A stretch of DNA of 64,000 nucleotides from an uncultured Planctomycetota bacterium (GTDB lineage: Bacteria; Planctomycetota; Planctomycetia; Isosphaerales; Isosphaeraceae). The notes beneath the pieces were generated by a model. That model was not told the DNA's origin. It saw nothing but the letters and a program-made list of their open reading frames with translations, and did no database searches. Each line of letters starts with the position of its first letter. Positions within the stretch are counted from its first letter, which is position 1. Below are positions 22,128-31,096 of the stretch, piece after piece. The position numbers and the translations under genes are program-made. The DNA lies in the NCBI GenBank assembly GCA_963737655.1, contig CAVTTN010000002.1:5152001-5216000 (forward strand), given 5' to 3'.

Positions 22128-25025
22128 ATGAGCCGATTCCTCAAGACCGGGTGCGCCGCGGCCCTGCTCGCCGCCCTCGCCGCCCCGGCCCTTCGCGCCG
22201 ACGACCCGCCGAAGCCCGCCGCGCCCGCGCCCGTCCCCTCGCCGAAACCCGAGGACGGCCGCAAGCTCGACGTCGAGACCTACGTGAGCCAGGCCCGGGG
22301 CGGAGGCGATTCCGGCGGGTTCAACCCGATGTCCCGATACCGCAACTTCAACGACCTGATCCAGGGCTCCGAACGGATCGACGGCCTGTTCACGCTCCAC
22401 AAGAAGGACGAGCACCTCTTCGCCGAGATCAAGCCGTTCCAGTTCGACCAGCCGCTGCTCCTGCCGACGACGATCGCCCGGGGGCTGGCGCAAGCCGGCA
22501 TGCCCATCGGCGACGGCGAGATCGTTTTGGTCTTCCACAAGAACGGCGACAAGGTCCAGCTGATCCGCCGGAACATCCGCTACAAGGCCAGCAACAACGC
22601 GGCCCTGGAGAAGTCGGTCAAGCAGAACTACACCGACTCCGTGCTGATGTCCCTGCCGATCCTCGCCATGAACCCGGCCGGGGGGATGAGCACCGTCATC
22701 GACTTCTCGGACATCTTCCTCACGAACTTCGCGCAGCTCCCGTTCGGCTTCATGGACCGCTCCCGGAGCGGCTGGCACCGGGTGAAGGGCTTCACCAACA
22801 ACCTGGAGCTGGAAGTCGAGGCCACGTTCGCCGGAGGGGGCCGGGGCGGCTTCGGCGGCGACGACGGCGTGGCGGACTCTCGCGGGATCACCCTGGTGAT
22901 CCACTACAGCCTGATGAAGGCCCCGGACATGGCCTATCGGCCTCGGTTCGCCGACGACCGCGTGGGCCACTTCCTCGACACCCACAAGGACTTCTCGATC
23001 TCCGGCCAGGACGGCAACTTCGTCCGCCTGATCAACCGCTGGAGGCTCGAAAAGGCCGACCCCCGGGCCAAGCTCTCGCCGCCGAAGAAGCAGATCGTCT
23101 GGTACATCGAGGACACCGTGCCCATCGAGTTCCGCCCCCACGTCGAGGCCGGAATCCGCGAGTGGAACAAGGCGTTCGAGAAGGTCGGCATCCGCGAGGC
23201 CATCGCCGTGAGGTGGGCCCAGGAAGGCCGCGACGAGTTCGACCCGGAGGACACGAATTACTGCACCTTCCGATGGGTGACCAGCGACGCCGGGTTCGCC
23301 ATGTCCTGCTTCCGCTCCAACCCGATGACCGGCGAGATCATCGACGGCGACGTCGTGTTCGACGCCAGCTTCCTCCGCGCGTGGAAGTCCGAGTACGCCT
23401 TGCTCGTGAACGCCGCCGGCAAGGACGGCCAGGCCGAGCCGATCGCCTCGGGCGAGGTCATCAGCCCGATCCTCGCCGGCAAGAGCGGCTTCGGAAGCGC
23501 CTCGATCGGCACCGTGAAGGGCTTCGACGGCGTCTTCGGCCGCAACGCCAACCCGCTGCCCGAGCTGATCCCGGCCGAGTGGGGCCCCCTGCAATATCAG
23601 CTCACGAAGCAGTCCGCGCGAGGGACGGCCCGGATGTGCGGCCTCCGGGCCGGGTTGACCGAGGATTTCGGCCTCGCCTCGCTCGCGCTGGCCGAGCCCG
23701 GCAAGGACGGCACCCCTCCCGGCGAGCTCCCCGAGGAGTTCCTCGCCCAGGCCCTGAAGGAGACCGTCATGCACGAGGTCGGCCACTCGCTGGGCCTCCG
23801 GCACAACTTCAAGGCCAGCACCATGCTCCCGGCCGACCAGCTCCACGACCCCAACGTCACCCGCCAGAAGGGCCTGGTCGGCAGCGTGATGGACTACAAC
23901 CCCGTGAACCTCGCCCCGAAGGGCACCAAGCAGGGCGACTACTACACCACCACCCTCGGACCCTACGACTACTGGGCCATCGAATACGCCTATTCGACGA
24001 TCCACGGCGACGAGGCGGCCGAGCTCAAGAAGATCGCCTCCCGGGCGCCCGAGGCGGGCCTCTCGTACGCGACCGATGAAGACCTGATGCTCAACAGCGA
24101 CCCCCAGGTCAACCAGTGGGACCTCGGCAACGACCCCTGCAAGTTCGGCAAGGACCGGATCGCCCTGGCCTCCGAGCTCCTGAAGGACCTCGACGCCAAG
24201 GTCGTCAAGGACGGCGAGTCCTGGACCCGCAACCGCCGGGCCTTCAGCACCTTGCTCAGGCAATACGGCAACGGCGCCGAGCTGATCGCCGCGCACATCG
24301 GCGGGCAATCGGTCCACCGCGACCACAAGGGGGACAAGGACGCGAGGGACCCGATCGTCCCGATCGCCGGGGCGAAGCAGCGCGAGTGCCTCAACGCCCT
24401 GGTCGAATCGGTCCTCAGCGACGGATCGTTCCAGTTCTCCCCGGCCCTGTTGCGGAGGCTGGCCGTCGAGCGCTGGACCGACTGGAGCCCGCAAGGCGGG
24501 TCGGGCGTCGATTTCCCGTTCTTCGAGCGGATCCTGGCGATCCAGAAGATCGCCCTGAACCGCTGCCTGAACCCCCGGGTGCTCGCCCGTCTCGAAAACC
24601 AGGCCCTCCAGGCCGACCCGGGCACCGACCCTCTCAGGATGGACGAGGTCTTCCGGTCGCTGTCCGACGGCATCTGGTCCGAGCTCAACGTCGATCCCAA
24701 GGCGGCGAAGCTGAGCATCTCGACGATCCGCCGGAACCTCCAGCGCGAGTACACGAGGAGGCTGATCGCCATGGTTTTGGGCGACCGGGGCAACGCCGCG
24801 GCGATGGGCGACCTCTACCCGTTCGTCCAGTTCAACACGGGAAGCCTCCCGGCCGACGCAAGGGCCCTGGCCCGGCTCCACCTCCGCAAGATCGCGGAGA
24901 AGATCCACGCCGACCTCGACGCCAAGAACGTCGCGATCGACGACACCACAAGGGCCCACCTCGAAGAGACCCAGCACCGGATCAGCAAGGCCCTCGACGC
25001 CCAGATCGGCGCCAACGAGCCGTGA
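22128..25025 (+). CDS. Secreted zinc-dependent metalloprotease (DUF5117/DUF5118 + Met-zincin, EcxA-like)
   Basis: Signal peptide; RFADDRVGHF, INRWRLEK, WNKAFEKVG, HEVGHSLGLRHNF (HExxHxxGxxH), SVMDY Met-turn. Confidence 0.93.
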   Translation: MSRFLKTGCAAALLAALAAPALRADDPPKPAAPAPVPSPKPEDGRKLDVETYVSQARGGGDSGGFNPMSRYRNFNDLIQGSERIDGLFTLHKKDEHLFAEIKPFQFDQPLLLPTTIARGLAQAGMPIGDGEIVLVFHKNGDKVQLIRRNIRYKASNNAALEKSVKQNYTDSVLMSLPILAMNPAGGMSTVIDFSDIFLTNFAQLPFGFMDRSRSGWHRVKGFTNNLELEVEATFAGGGRGGFGGDDGVADSRGITLVIHYSLMKAPDMAYRPRFADDRVGHFLDTHKDFSISGQDGNFVRLINRWRLEKADPRAKLSPPKKQIVWYIEDTVPIEFRPHVEAGIREWNKAFEKVGIREAIAVRWAQEGRDEFDPEDTNYCTFRWVTSDAGFAMSCFRSNPMTGEIIDGDVVFDASFLRAWKSEYALLVNAAGKDGQAEPIASGEVISPILAGKSGFGSASIGTVKGFDGVFGRNANPLPELIPAEWGPLQYQLTKQSARGTARMCGLRAGLTEDFGLASLALAEPGKDGTPPGELPEEFLAQALKETVMHEVGHSLGLRHNFKASTMLPADQLHDPNVTRQKGLVGSVMDYNPVNLAPKGTKQGDYYTTTLGPYDYWAIEYAYSTIHGDEAAELKKIASRAPEAGLSYATDEDLMLNSDPQVNQWDLGNDPCKFGKDRIALASELLKDLDAKVVKDGESWTRNRRAFSTLLRQYGNGAELIAAHIGGQSVHRDHKGDKDARDPIVPIAGAKQRECLNALVESVLSDGSFQFSPALLRRLAVERWTDWSPQGGSGVDFPFFERILAIQKIALNRCLNPRVLARLENQALQADPGTDPLRMDEVFRSLSDGIWSELNVDPKAAKLSISTIRRNLQREYTRRLIAMVLGDRGNAAAMGDLYPFVQFNTGSLPADARALARLHLRKIAEKIHADLDAKNVAIDDTTRAHLEETQHRISKALDAQIGANEP

Positions 25026-25042
25026 GACCCGGTCGGCCCCTC

Positions 25043-25086
25043 CCGGCCCGACGGCGCCCCTCCCTCGGGGGGCGCCGTCGGGTCGG
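25043..25086 (+). terminator. GC-rich hairpin downstream of the metalloprotease, possible terminator
   Basis: CCGACGGCGCCCC-loop-GGGGCGCCGTCGG; no clear adjacent U-tract. Confidence 0.45.
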
Positions 25087-25157
25087 ATCAGGTTTCCTAT
25101 CAAAAAAAACACGTTACCAGCGGTCACCGGAGATCACCCGTCGCGAGGAACCCACTC

Positions 25158-25376
25158 ATGACCCCTCTCCTCGACCAGGCGATCGACCAGGCGAAGAAGC
25201 TCTCGGCTCCGGAGCAGGACGCGATCGCCCGGCTGATCCTTGACCAGATCGCCGACGATCGGGCGTGGGATGAAGCGTTCGCGAGGTCGGGGGACGCCCT
25301 CGCCAGGCTCGCCGCCAAGGTCCGCGAGGACATGGCCGCGGGCCGCGTCCGTTCCTTGCGACCGCCCCGGTCATGA
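25158..25376 (+). CDS. Putative antitoxin
   Basis: MTPLLDQAIDQAKKLSAPEQDAIARLILDQIADDRAWDEAFARS..LARLAAKVREDMAAGR; ATGA overlap with the toxin gene. Confidence 0.8.
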   Translation: MTPLLDQAIDQAKKLSAPEQDAIARLILDQIADDRAWDEAFARSGDALARLAAKVREDMAAGRVRSLRPPRS

Positions 25377-25642
25377 ATTCGCAGATCACCGAGGATTTCC
25401 TCTCCTGCTAGGCCCGGCTGCCCGCGACGGTCCGCCAGCAGGCCAGGCGGGCCTATCGGCTCTGGCGGGACAATCCCTCGCATCCCGGCATCCAGTTCAA
25501 GCGGGTCCACACCAGCGAACCCATCTTCTCGGCCCGTGTCGGGATCGGATGGCGGGCCGTGGGACTCCTCGAAGGGGACACGATCCGCTGGTTCTGGATC
25601 GGCTCGCACTCCGCTTACGATGCCCTGGTCGCTCGGCTCTGA
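25373..25642 (+). pseudogene. RelE/ParE-like toxin with in-frame TAG at codon 13
   Basis: My translation: MNSQITEDFLSC*ARLPATVRQQARRAYRLWRDNPSHPGIQFKRVHTSEPIFSARVGIGWRAVGLLEGDTIRWFWIGSHSAYDALVARL. TAG at 25409-25411. Confidence 0.85.
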
Positions 25643-25696
25643 TTTGCTCGCAACGGCGCTCCCTGACCCGCCGCCAAACCGATCGTGGGGTCGAAG

Positions 25697-25903
25697 ATGT
25701 CAAAAAAGTTTGGGAGGGTTCGCGGGACGGGGTCGAGCGAGATGATCCGCAAGGCGATGAAGCATCTCTTCTCGCTGACGAAGGAGGAGCGGATCGACCT
25801 GATGGTCAAGGCGAAGGCCATGACTCCGGAGCAGGCCGAGAGGGCGAAGAAGAAGTGGACTGAGCTCCAGGCCGAGGCGGCGGAAGCGCCGGGTGAGCCA
25901 TGA
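25697..25903 (+). CDS. Small basic hypothetical protein
   Basis: MSKKFGRVRG...LTKEERIDLMVKAKAMTPEQAERAKKK; stop overlaps next start. Confidence 0.65.
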   Translation: MSKKFGRVRGTGSSEMIRKAMKHLFSLTKEERIDLMVKAKAMTPEQAERAKKKWTELQAEAAEAPGEP

Positions 25904-26554
25904 CCGCCGACTATTCGCTCCACGTGGAAAATCCCAGGTTCGGGAAGGGCCCTCGTTTCACGGGCCTCGATCCGGATCCTGAGTCTCCCGAGGTCCATCT
26001 CCACTGGAATACCGGATACCGAACACGGGCGTTCCTGGCCTACCTGAAGGAGCTTCCCGAAGAGTTCCGGCGAATCCTCTCCGAGGCTCCAGAGGGCCTC
26101 CTCATCCCGGGCACCGCGATCCGGGCCGATCCGGAGCGGCAGACCCGGGCGACGATCCCGGTGACTCATTACTACGACCTCGACAAGACGTGCGAGGATT
26201 GCGGGCGGCCCTTCGTCTTCTTCGCGGAGGAGCAGAAGCACTGGTACGAGGTGCTGGGATTCGACCTGGCCGCGGACTGCGTCCGATGTCATCCCTGCCG
26301 ACGGGCCAGGCGGGCGATTGGTCGGAAGAAGAGGCGCTGATGACGAGCTCCTCCCTCGGATCGATCGAACCCCCGAAGAGAGCCTGGAGATGGCGGCCTG
26401 CTGTCTCGACCTGATCGAACGCGGGTCGTTCAGCCCGCGTCGTGCCGACCTCGTCCGCCACGTCCTGAAGCGGCTCCCCGAGGAATGCCGATCTCTCGAA
26501 CAATCCGCGGACCTCAAGCAACGCCTCGCGAAGCTCGGGACGGTAGGGTCCTGA
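25900..26554 (+). CDS. Zinc-ribbon (zf-trcl-like) domain protein; +1 frameshift at ~26339
   Basis: YYDLDKTCEDCGRPFVFFAEEQKHWYE..CVRCHPCRR. Deleting one G in CGCTGATGAC gives RYDELLPRIDRTPEESLEMAACCL, joining ORF 26318-26554. Confidence 0.8.
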
Positions 26555-26600
26555 TCGCTCGGCCGGAAGATCCCAGGGCCTGGCGGATGGACCGTCCCGC

Positions 26601-27716
26601 TCAGGGGCCGTCGTCTCGGAGGTTGTAGGAGAACGCCCCGAGCAGGTCGCCCCGGGCGCCCCCGTGGCAGGCCACGCATCGCTTGAGGCTGCGGATCGCG
26701 CCGAGCATGCGGACGCCTTCGGCGCCTCGGCTGGTCTGGAGGTCGTCCCCTCCGCGGAGGGTGTCGAGTCCGACGCTCTCGAACGGGTCCAGGGGGCGGG
26801 TCCGGAGGCCGTCGAGCCGGTCCATCCTCGGCAGGCTGTCGGAGACGTACACGGCCGGCTCGTCGTGCTTCAGCAGGCTGACGAGTTCGAGGGTCTGGAC
26901 CTGCCATCGCGAGTTCGACGCGGGGACCTCGTGGAATCGGTGGGGCTCGAACCCGGCGACGTGCCGGCGGTCCTTCAGGAAGCCGAAGCCCCGGGGATTG
27001 ACGAAGTCGAGGATGCTGGCGTCGAGCATCGGGCCGAGCGGGGCCTCGTCGTCGGCGGTCAGGCGGCCGAGCTCGCCGGGCGACCAGGGCATCGAGAAGC
27101 GTAAGCCCGGCTGAGGCGGGACCGGCCCTTTCCTCAGTCCCATGGCCAGGCTCCACTCGCTCGGTCCTTGCATTCGCATGACGCCGAAGCCCGGGCTATG
27201 GATGAAGAGAAAGAGCTTCTCCTCGTGAATTCGACCCAGATCGCGTTCCCGACGACCCCCCCATCGATCGACCTCGTCGAGGATCTTCGTCTCCAGGCGG
27301 GAGAGCCTCTCGGCGGAGGCGGGAGTCAGGATCGCTCCCCGAGACATGCCATCAGGCCGGGGCAGTCGGGCCTCCATCGACTCGTAGGGATAGCGTCCTC
27401 GAAGTCCCCCGGACGAGCTTTGAGAAGACAGCACCACGAGACTCATCACGCCATAGGCCGCGACCGTGGCCCCGCACGAGAGGGCCGAGAAAAACGCCGG
27501 GCCGCGTTTCGTCGCTCGCCAGATCAGCAAGGCTCCGCCGAGCAGCACGGCCTGGAGCGCCACGGTCGGAAACATGCACCCGACGAACAACGGGAGGGCC
27601 GAGAACACGACGCCGATGCCGACGATCGCCGCAGAGGGCCGTCGTCGAGCGCCCCAGGCCACGCCGTTGACGATCACGAGCAACACGGCCGAGACCATCA
27701 ACGAGACGTAAAGCAT
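26601..27716 (-). CDS. Membrane protein with C-terminal single-heme CxxCH (DUF3365-like tail)
   Basis: 3-4 N-terminal TM helices; RMLGAIRSLKRCVACHGGARGDLLGAFSY. Confidence 0.75.
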   Translation of the reverse strand: MLYVSLMVSAVLLVIVNGVAWGARRRPSAAIVGIGVVFSALPLFVGCMFPTVALQAVLLGGALLIWRATKRGPAFFSALSCGATVAAYGVMSLVVLSSQSSSGGLRGRYPYESMEARLPRPDGMSRGAILTPASAERLSRLETKILDEVDRWGGRRERDLGRIHEEKLFLFIHSPGFGVMRMQGPSEWSLAMGLRKGPVPPQPGLRFSMPWSPGELGRLTADDEAPLGPMLDASILDFVNPRGFGFLKDRRHVAGFEPHRFHEVPASNSRWQVQTLELVSLLKHDEPAVYVSDSLPRMDRLDGLRTRPLDPFESVGLDTLRGGDDLQTSRGAEGVRMLGAIRSLKRCVACHGGARGDLLGAFSYNLRDDGP

Positions 27717-27736
27717 CGCTCGCGGCCCCCGGCCCG

Positions 27737-29620
27737 TCAGAACGGCACCGTCCCGCCGGTGGGAGCCGGATTCGGCCCGGCGGGGGCTGGCCCCGGTTGG
27801 GCTTCGAGGTTCAGGACGCCTCGGAAGCCGAGATACGGCAGCTTCGCGTCGGGCCTCATCCCGGATCGCCAGGAGGCGTCCCAGCCGTTGGAGCCCCCCT
27901 TGATCACGACCTCGGCGAGCTTCGACTTCGTCTGCGCCGGGCCTTGCGGGTTCGTCGCCGGGGCGTTCTTGAACTGGGCATAATAGCGGATGTCGAAGAG
28001 ATCATTCGTCCATTCCCAGGCGTTGCCGGCGAGGTCGAAGACCCCGTAGGGGGAGAGGTCGCTGGGGAACGACATGACCGGGTCGATCTGCTTGTTCTGC
28101 CTCGGGCGGTCGAAGGCTGCGGGGGCGTTGCCCCAGGGGTGGACGCGGCCGTCGGTGGTCCTCGCGGCCATCTCCCACTGGGCCTCGGTGGGGAGCGTCT
28201 TGCCGGCCCACTGGGCGTAAGCCTTGGCCTCCGGCAGCGAGACCTTCACGGCCGGCCGGTCGCGGTCGTCGCCGGTGGCCTGCTCGCCCCTGGAGAGCGC
28301 GAGCTGGCGGACCGTGACCTCGTGCTGGTCGATGTAGAACGGCGAGAGCCGGACCTTGTGGGCGGGCTTCTCGGGGGCGGGGCCGTCGTCGCGGCCCTGG
28401 GTGAACTCGCCCCCGGGGATGAAGATCATCGCCGAGCCGTCGCGGTCGCAGGTGATCTCCAACGGCCAGCCCGAGGCGTGGACCCCGGCCTCGTCCCTGG
28501 CGTGGAACCCGGGCGGGACCGCCCTGGCCTCCACCTCGGCCTTCGGCAGCCCCACGCCGGTGGGCCGGTACGGCTCGACGTACCCGCCCGTCGTGTTCTT
28601 CGGCAGGATCGCCGGGCTCGCGTTGGGCATGGGGGCCGACGCCGGGCCGATCGAGACCTCGGCCGTCTGCCGGGTGGTCGTCGCGGCCTTCGGAGCGTCT
28701 TCGACCCTGGCTTCCTCGGAGGGCAACTCGGCGTCGGCGTCCATGGCGTTCGAGTTGGATTTCGACTTCTCGGGCGATTTCGACTGGATCTTGGTGGCGA
28801 CGACCGCCGGGCCTCCCACGAAGAGGGGAAGGCCCTGCTTGTACCGCTCGCGGCACTCGGCGACGCGCCTGGCGGCGTCGGTCCGGGGATACTCGGCGTC
28901 GATCTTGTCGAGCCGGTCGAACGCGAGGTCGAGCTTGCCGGCCTTCTCGAACTGGCGGGCGTCGTCCAAAAGCGACTTCGCGAGCGATTCGAGCTCGGCT
29001 TGCGGCCTCTCGGCGGGCGCGGGCCGGGCGACCTCGGGCGAGGCCCCTCCGGGCTCGGCGGAAGGCTCGGCCGACGAGCCGGGCATGGCGGACCGGACGA
29101 TCACCACGACCGCCAGCACGATCACCGCGGCCAACCCGGCGCCGACCATCAGCCGCGTCTTCCGCCGGGAGTCGAACGTCTCGGATTCGGGCGTGGCCTC
29201 GATCAAGGCGCCCTCGCCCTCCTTCGGCCGGATGGGGCGGGGCGTCGCGGGCTCGGCCCGTCGCTCGGCCTTCTTCGGTTTGGGACTCGGCGAGGCGGAC
29301 GCGGACGGCTCGGCGCCGAACGTCTGGATCTTCGGCTTCGGCTTCGGCTTCGCCGGGACCGGCTCCGCGGGACGATCTCGAGGGGGCGAATCCGGCGACC
29401 TGGCCGCCGGTTTCCTCGTCGCAGGCTCGGCCGGCTCGGGCAACGCGCCCTCGGGCGGCTGGTAGACGATTCGAGGCAAGACTTTCGGCGGTTTGGGCGG
29501 CGGGGGGGCCTCGGCCTCGTCGAGCGGGAGGTCGGGATCGACCAGGGGGATCTCGTCCTCGTCGCCCAGGTCGGCCATGCTCGGGCCCTCGATCCGACCA
29601 GACATCCTCATCCCATCCAT
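27737..29620 (-). CDS. Membrane-anchored FGE-sulfatase/SUMF1-like domain protein
   Basis: Pro-rich N-terminus and a TM helix; IPGGEFTQG, FYIDQHEVT, LPTEAQWEMAAR, GVFDLAGNAWEW, GFRGV. Start uncertain. Confidence 0.88.
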   Translation of the reverse strand: MDGMRMSGRIEGPSMADLGDEDEIPLVDPDLPLDEAEAPPPPKPPKVLPRIVYQPPEGALPEPAEPATRKPAARSPDSPPRDRPAEPVPAKPKPKPKIQTFGAEPSASASPSPKPKKAERRAEPATPRPIRPKEGEGALIEATPESETFDSRRKTRLMVGAGLAAVIVLAVVVIVRSAMPGSSAEPSAEPGGASPEVARPAPAERPQAELESLAKSLLDDARQFEKAGKLDLAFDRLDKIDAEYPRTDAARRVAECRERYKQGLPLFVGGPAVVATKIQSKSPEKSKSNSNAMDADAELPSEEARVEDAPKAATTTRQTAEVSIGPASAPMPNASPAILPKNTTGGYVEPYRPTGVGLPKAEVEARAVPPGFHARDEAGVHASGWPLEITCDRDGSAMIFIPGGEFTQGRDDGPAPEKPAHKVRLSPFYIDQHEVTVRQLALSRGEQATGDDRDRPAVKVSLPEAKAYAQWAGKTLPTEAQWEMAARTTDGRVHPWGNAPAAFDRPRQNKQIDPVMSFPSDLSPYGVFDLAGNAWEWTNDLFDIRYYAQFKNAPATNPQGPAQTKSKLAEVVIKGGSNGWDASWRSGMRPDAKLPYLGFRGVLNLEAQPGPAPAGPNPAPTGGTVPF

Positions 29621-29645
29621 CCAGCCTACCGACGGCGATCGGCGA

Positions 29646-30200
29646 TCACAAGGCGCGATCCCCGGCCGGCCGGCCGGCTCGCGGAGGATGCCCCAGCGCC
29701 TCGCGCTTCTCGTCCAGGAACCGCAGGTGATGCCGGGCGTGGCGGATCGCCTGGAAGACCAGTTGCCGGACGCTGACCACGCCCGAGGCGCTGTGCACCC
29801 CCTTGCGATGCCACGCCTCGGCCGGCTGCCCCCGCAACACCCGGCCCACCCGCCGCCTCAGGGCCGAGAACACCGCCATCTCGTCGGCCAGGTCCAGATC
29901 CGGATACCCCAGCCGCTCGGGATACGGCGACTCGTCCACGCTCATCAGCAACGGCCGATTCTCGGCGAGCGTCCTCAGGATGCGCTCGCAGAAATACACC
30001 TCGGTATCCGTCACATGGGCCACCAGCTCGATCGGGCTCCAGCGACCGGGGACGGGCCGAGTTCGAATCTCCTCGGGCGAAAGCCCGTCCAGGGCGGCCA
30101 GATACTCATCGGCGCCCCGCTCGAACGCGTCGATCAGCTCCGACGAGGAGACCGCCGGGTCGTCCCTCTGCATCCCGGCCATGTAATCCTTCTCGATCAT
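29646..30200 (-). CDS. DinB family protein
   Basis: RPVPGRWSPIELVAHVTDTE, RKGVHS, IRHARHHLRFL. Confidence 0.88.
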   Translation of the reverse strand: MIEKDYMAGMQRDDPAVSSSELIDAFERGADEYLAALDGLSPEEIRTRPVPGRWSPIELVAHVTDTEVYFCERILRTLAENRPLLMSVDESPYPERLGYPDLDLADEMAVFSALRRRVGRVLRGQPAEAWHRKGVHSASGVVSVRQLVFQAIRHARHHLRFLDEKREALGHPPRAGRPAGDRAL

Positions 30201-30376
30201 GGGAGGCCCCCCCTTCCGGCCAAACTCTGGACGCCCGAACACGCCGGGATCGTACCATGTCGGGGGCTTGCGGGAGAACTCCCCCGCCTTTCGACGGTCT
30301 GGCCCTCGGCCTTCGGGACGGATAGATTCGGGACTCGCCCCCGAACCGAATTCCCGGACCTTCGCGAGCTTCGACC

Positions 30377-30997
30377 ATGCGTCGCCTCTCCGTCCTCGCC
30401 TTCGCCTTCGCCCTGATCGCCTCGCCGGCCCTGGCCGACGACGAGTCCACCCCGTTGCTCACCAGCGACGACCTCGACCAGCTCGCCCTGGTCGGCATCG
30501 GACCCGAGACGATCAAGATCGTCAACAAGGAGGTCCGCAGCACGGGCAAGCCCAACGGCTATTTCGCCACCAAGAACGAGTACACGAATTACGTCCTCAA
30601 GTTCGACTGGATGTACGAGAGGCCCGAGGGCTTCAAGGACGGCGACAAGTTCGACGGCAACAGCGGGGTCCTGCTGAACATCGTGGCCCCTCACAAGGTC
30701 TGGCCCAAATGCATCGAGGCGCAGCTCGCCTACAACGAGGCGGGCCACGTCTTCGCCATCAACGGCGCGAAGTTCGTCGGCAAGACCGACCGCGACGCCC
30801 TGAAGGCCGCCATGAAGCCCGTCGGCCAGTGGAACGAGATGGAGATCTCGTGCAACGCCGGCAAGATCGTCTGCATGCTCAACGGCAAGAAGGTCGCCGA
30901 GGGCACCGGGGCCGACCCCGCCGGAGGCTCGATCGGCTGGCAGTCCGAAGGCGGGCCGATGCGGTTCCGGTTCCTCCGGATCAAGAAGCTCGACTGA
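30377..30997 (+). CDS. DUF1080 (3-keto-disaccharide hydrolase family) secreted protein
   Basis: Signal peptide; YTNYVLKFDW, GNSGV, IEAQL, GQWNEMEI, GSIGWQSEG, FRFLRIKKL. Confidence 0.92.
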   Translation: MRRLSVLAFAFALIASPALADDESTPLLTSDDLDQLALVGIGPETIKIVNKEVRSTGKPNGYFATKNEYTNYVLKFDWMYERPEGFKDGDKFDGNSGVLLNIVAPHKVWPKCIEAQLAYNEAGHVFAINGAKFVGKTDRDALKAAMKPVGQWNEMEISCNAGKIVCMLNGKKVAEGTGADPAGGSIGWQSEGGPMRFRFLRIKKLD

Positions 30998-31018
30998 ACA
31001 GGCGGACGATCCCGAGCC

Positions 31019-31054
31019 CCGGGTGGCATGCTCACGTCCGCGTGAGCATGTCTT
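31019..31054. repeat. Single REP-like unit, GTGG family
   Basis: GGGTGG-CATGCTCACG-TCCG-CGTGAGCATG. Confidence 0.8.
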
Positions 31055-31096
31055 CAGGCCGGGCGGTTGTTTCGCATTGACGTGGGAGCCGTGACG

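Noticed and set aside
21789..25127. 1112-aa minus-strand ORF, and similar long ORFs such as 56662-59271, 44446-47376 and 5475-7517
   Set aside because: Antisense shadows of well-supported genes; expected in high-GC DNA and lacking recognisable motifs.
27737..29620. Active formylglycine-generating enzyme
   Set aside because: The catalytic Cys pair near the (R/K)GGS motif is absent; treated as a non-catalytic FGE-fold domain.
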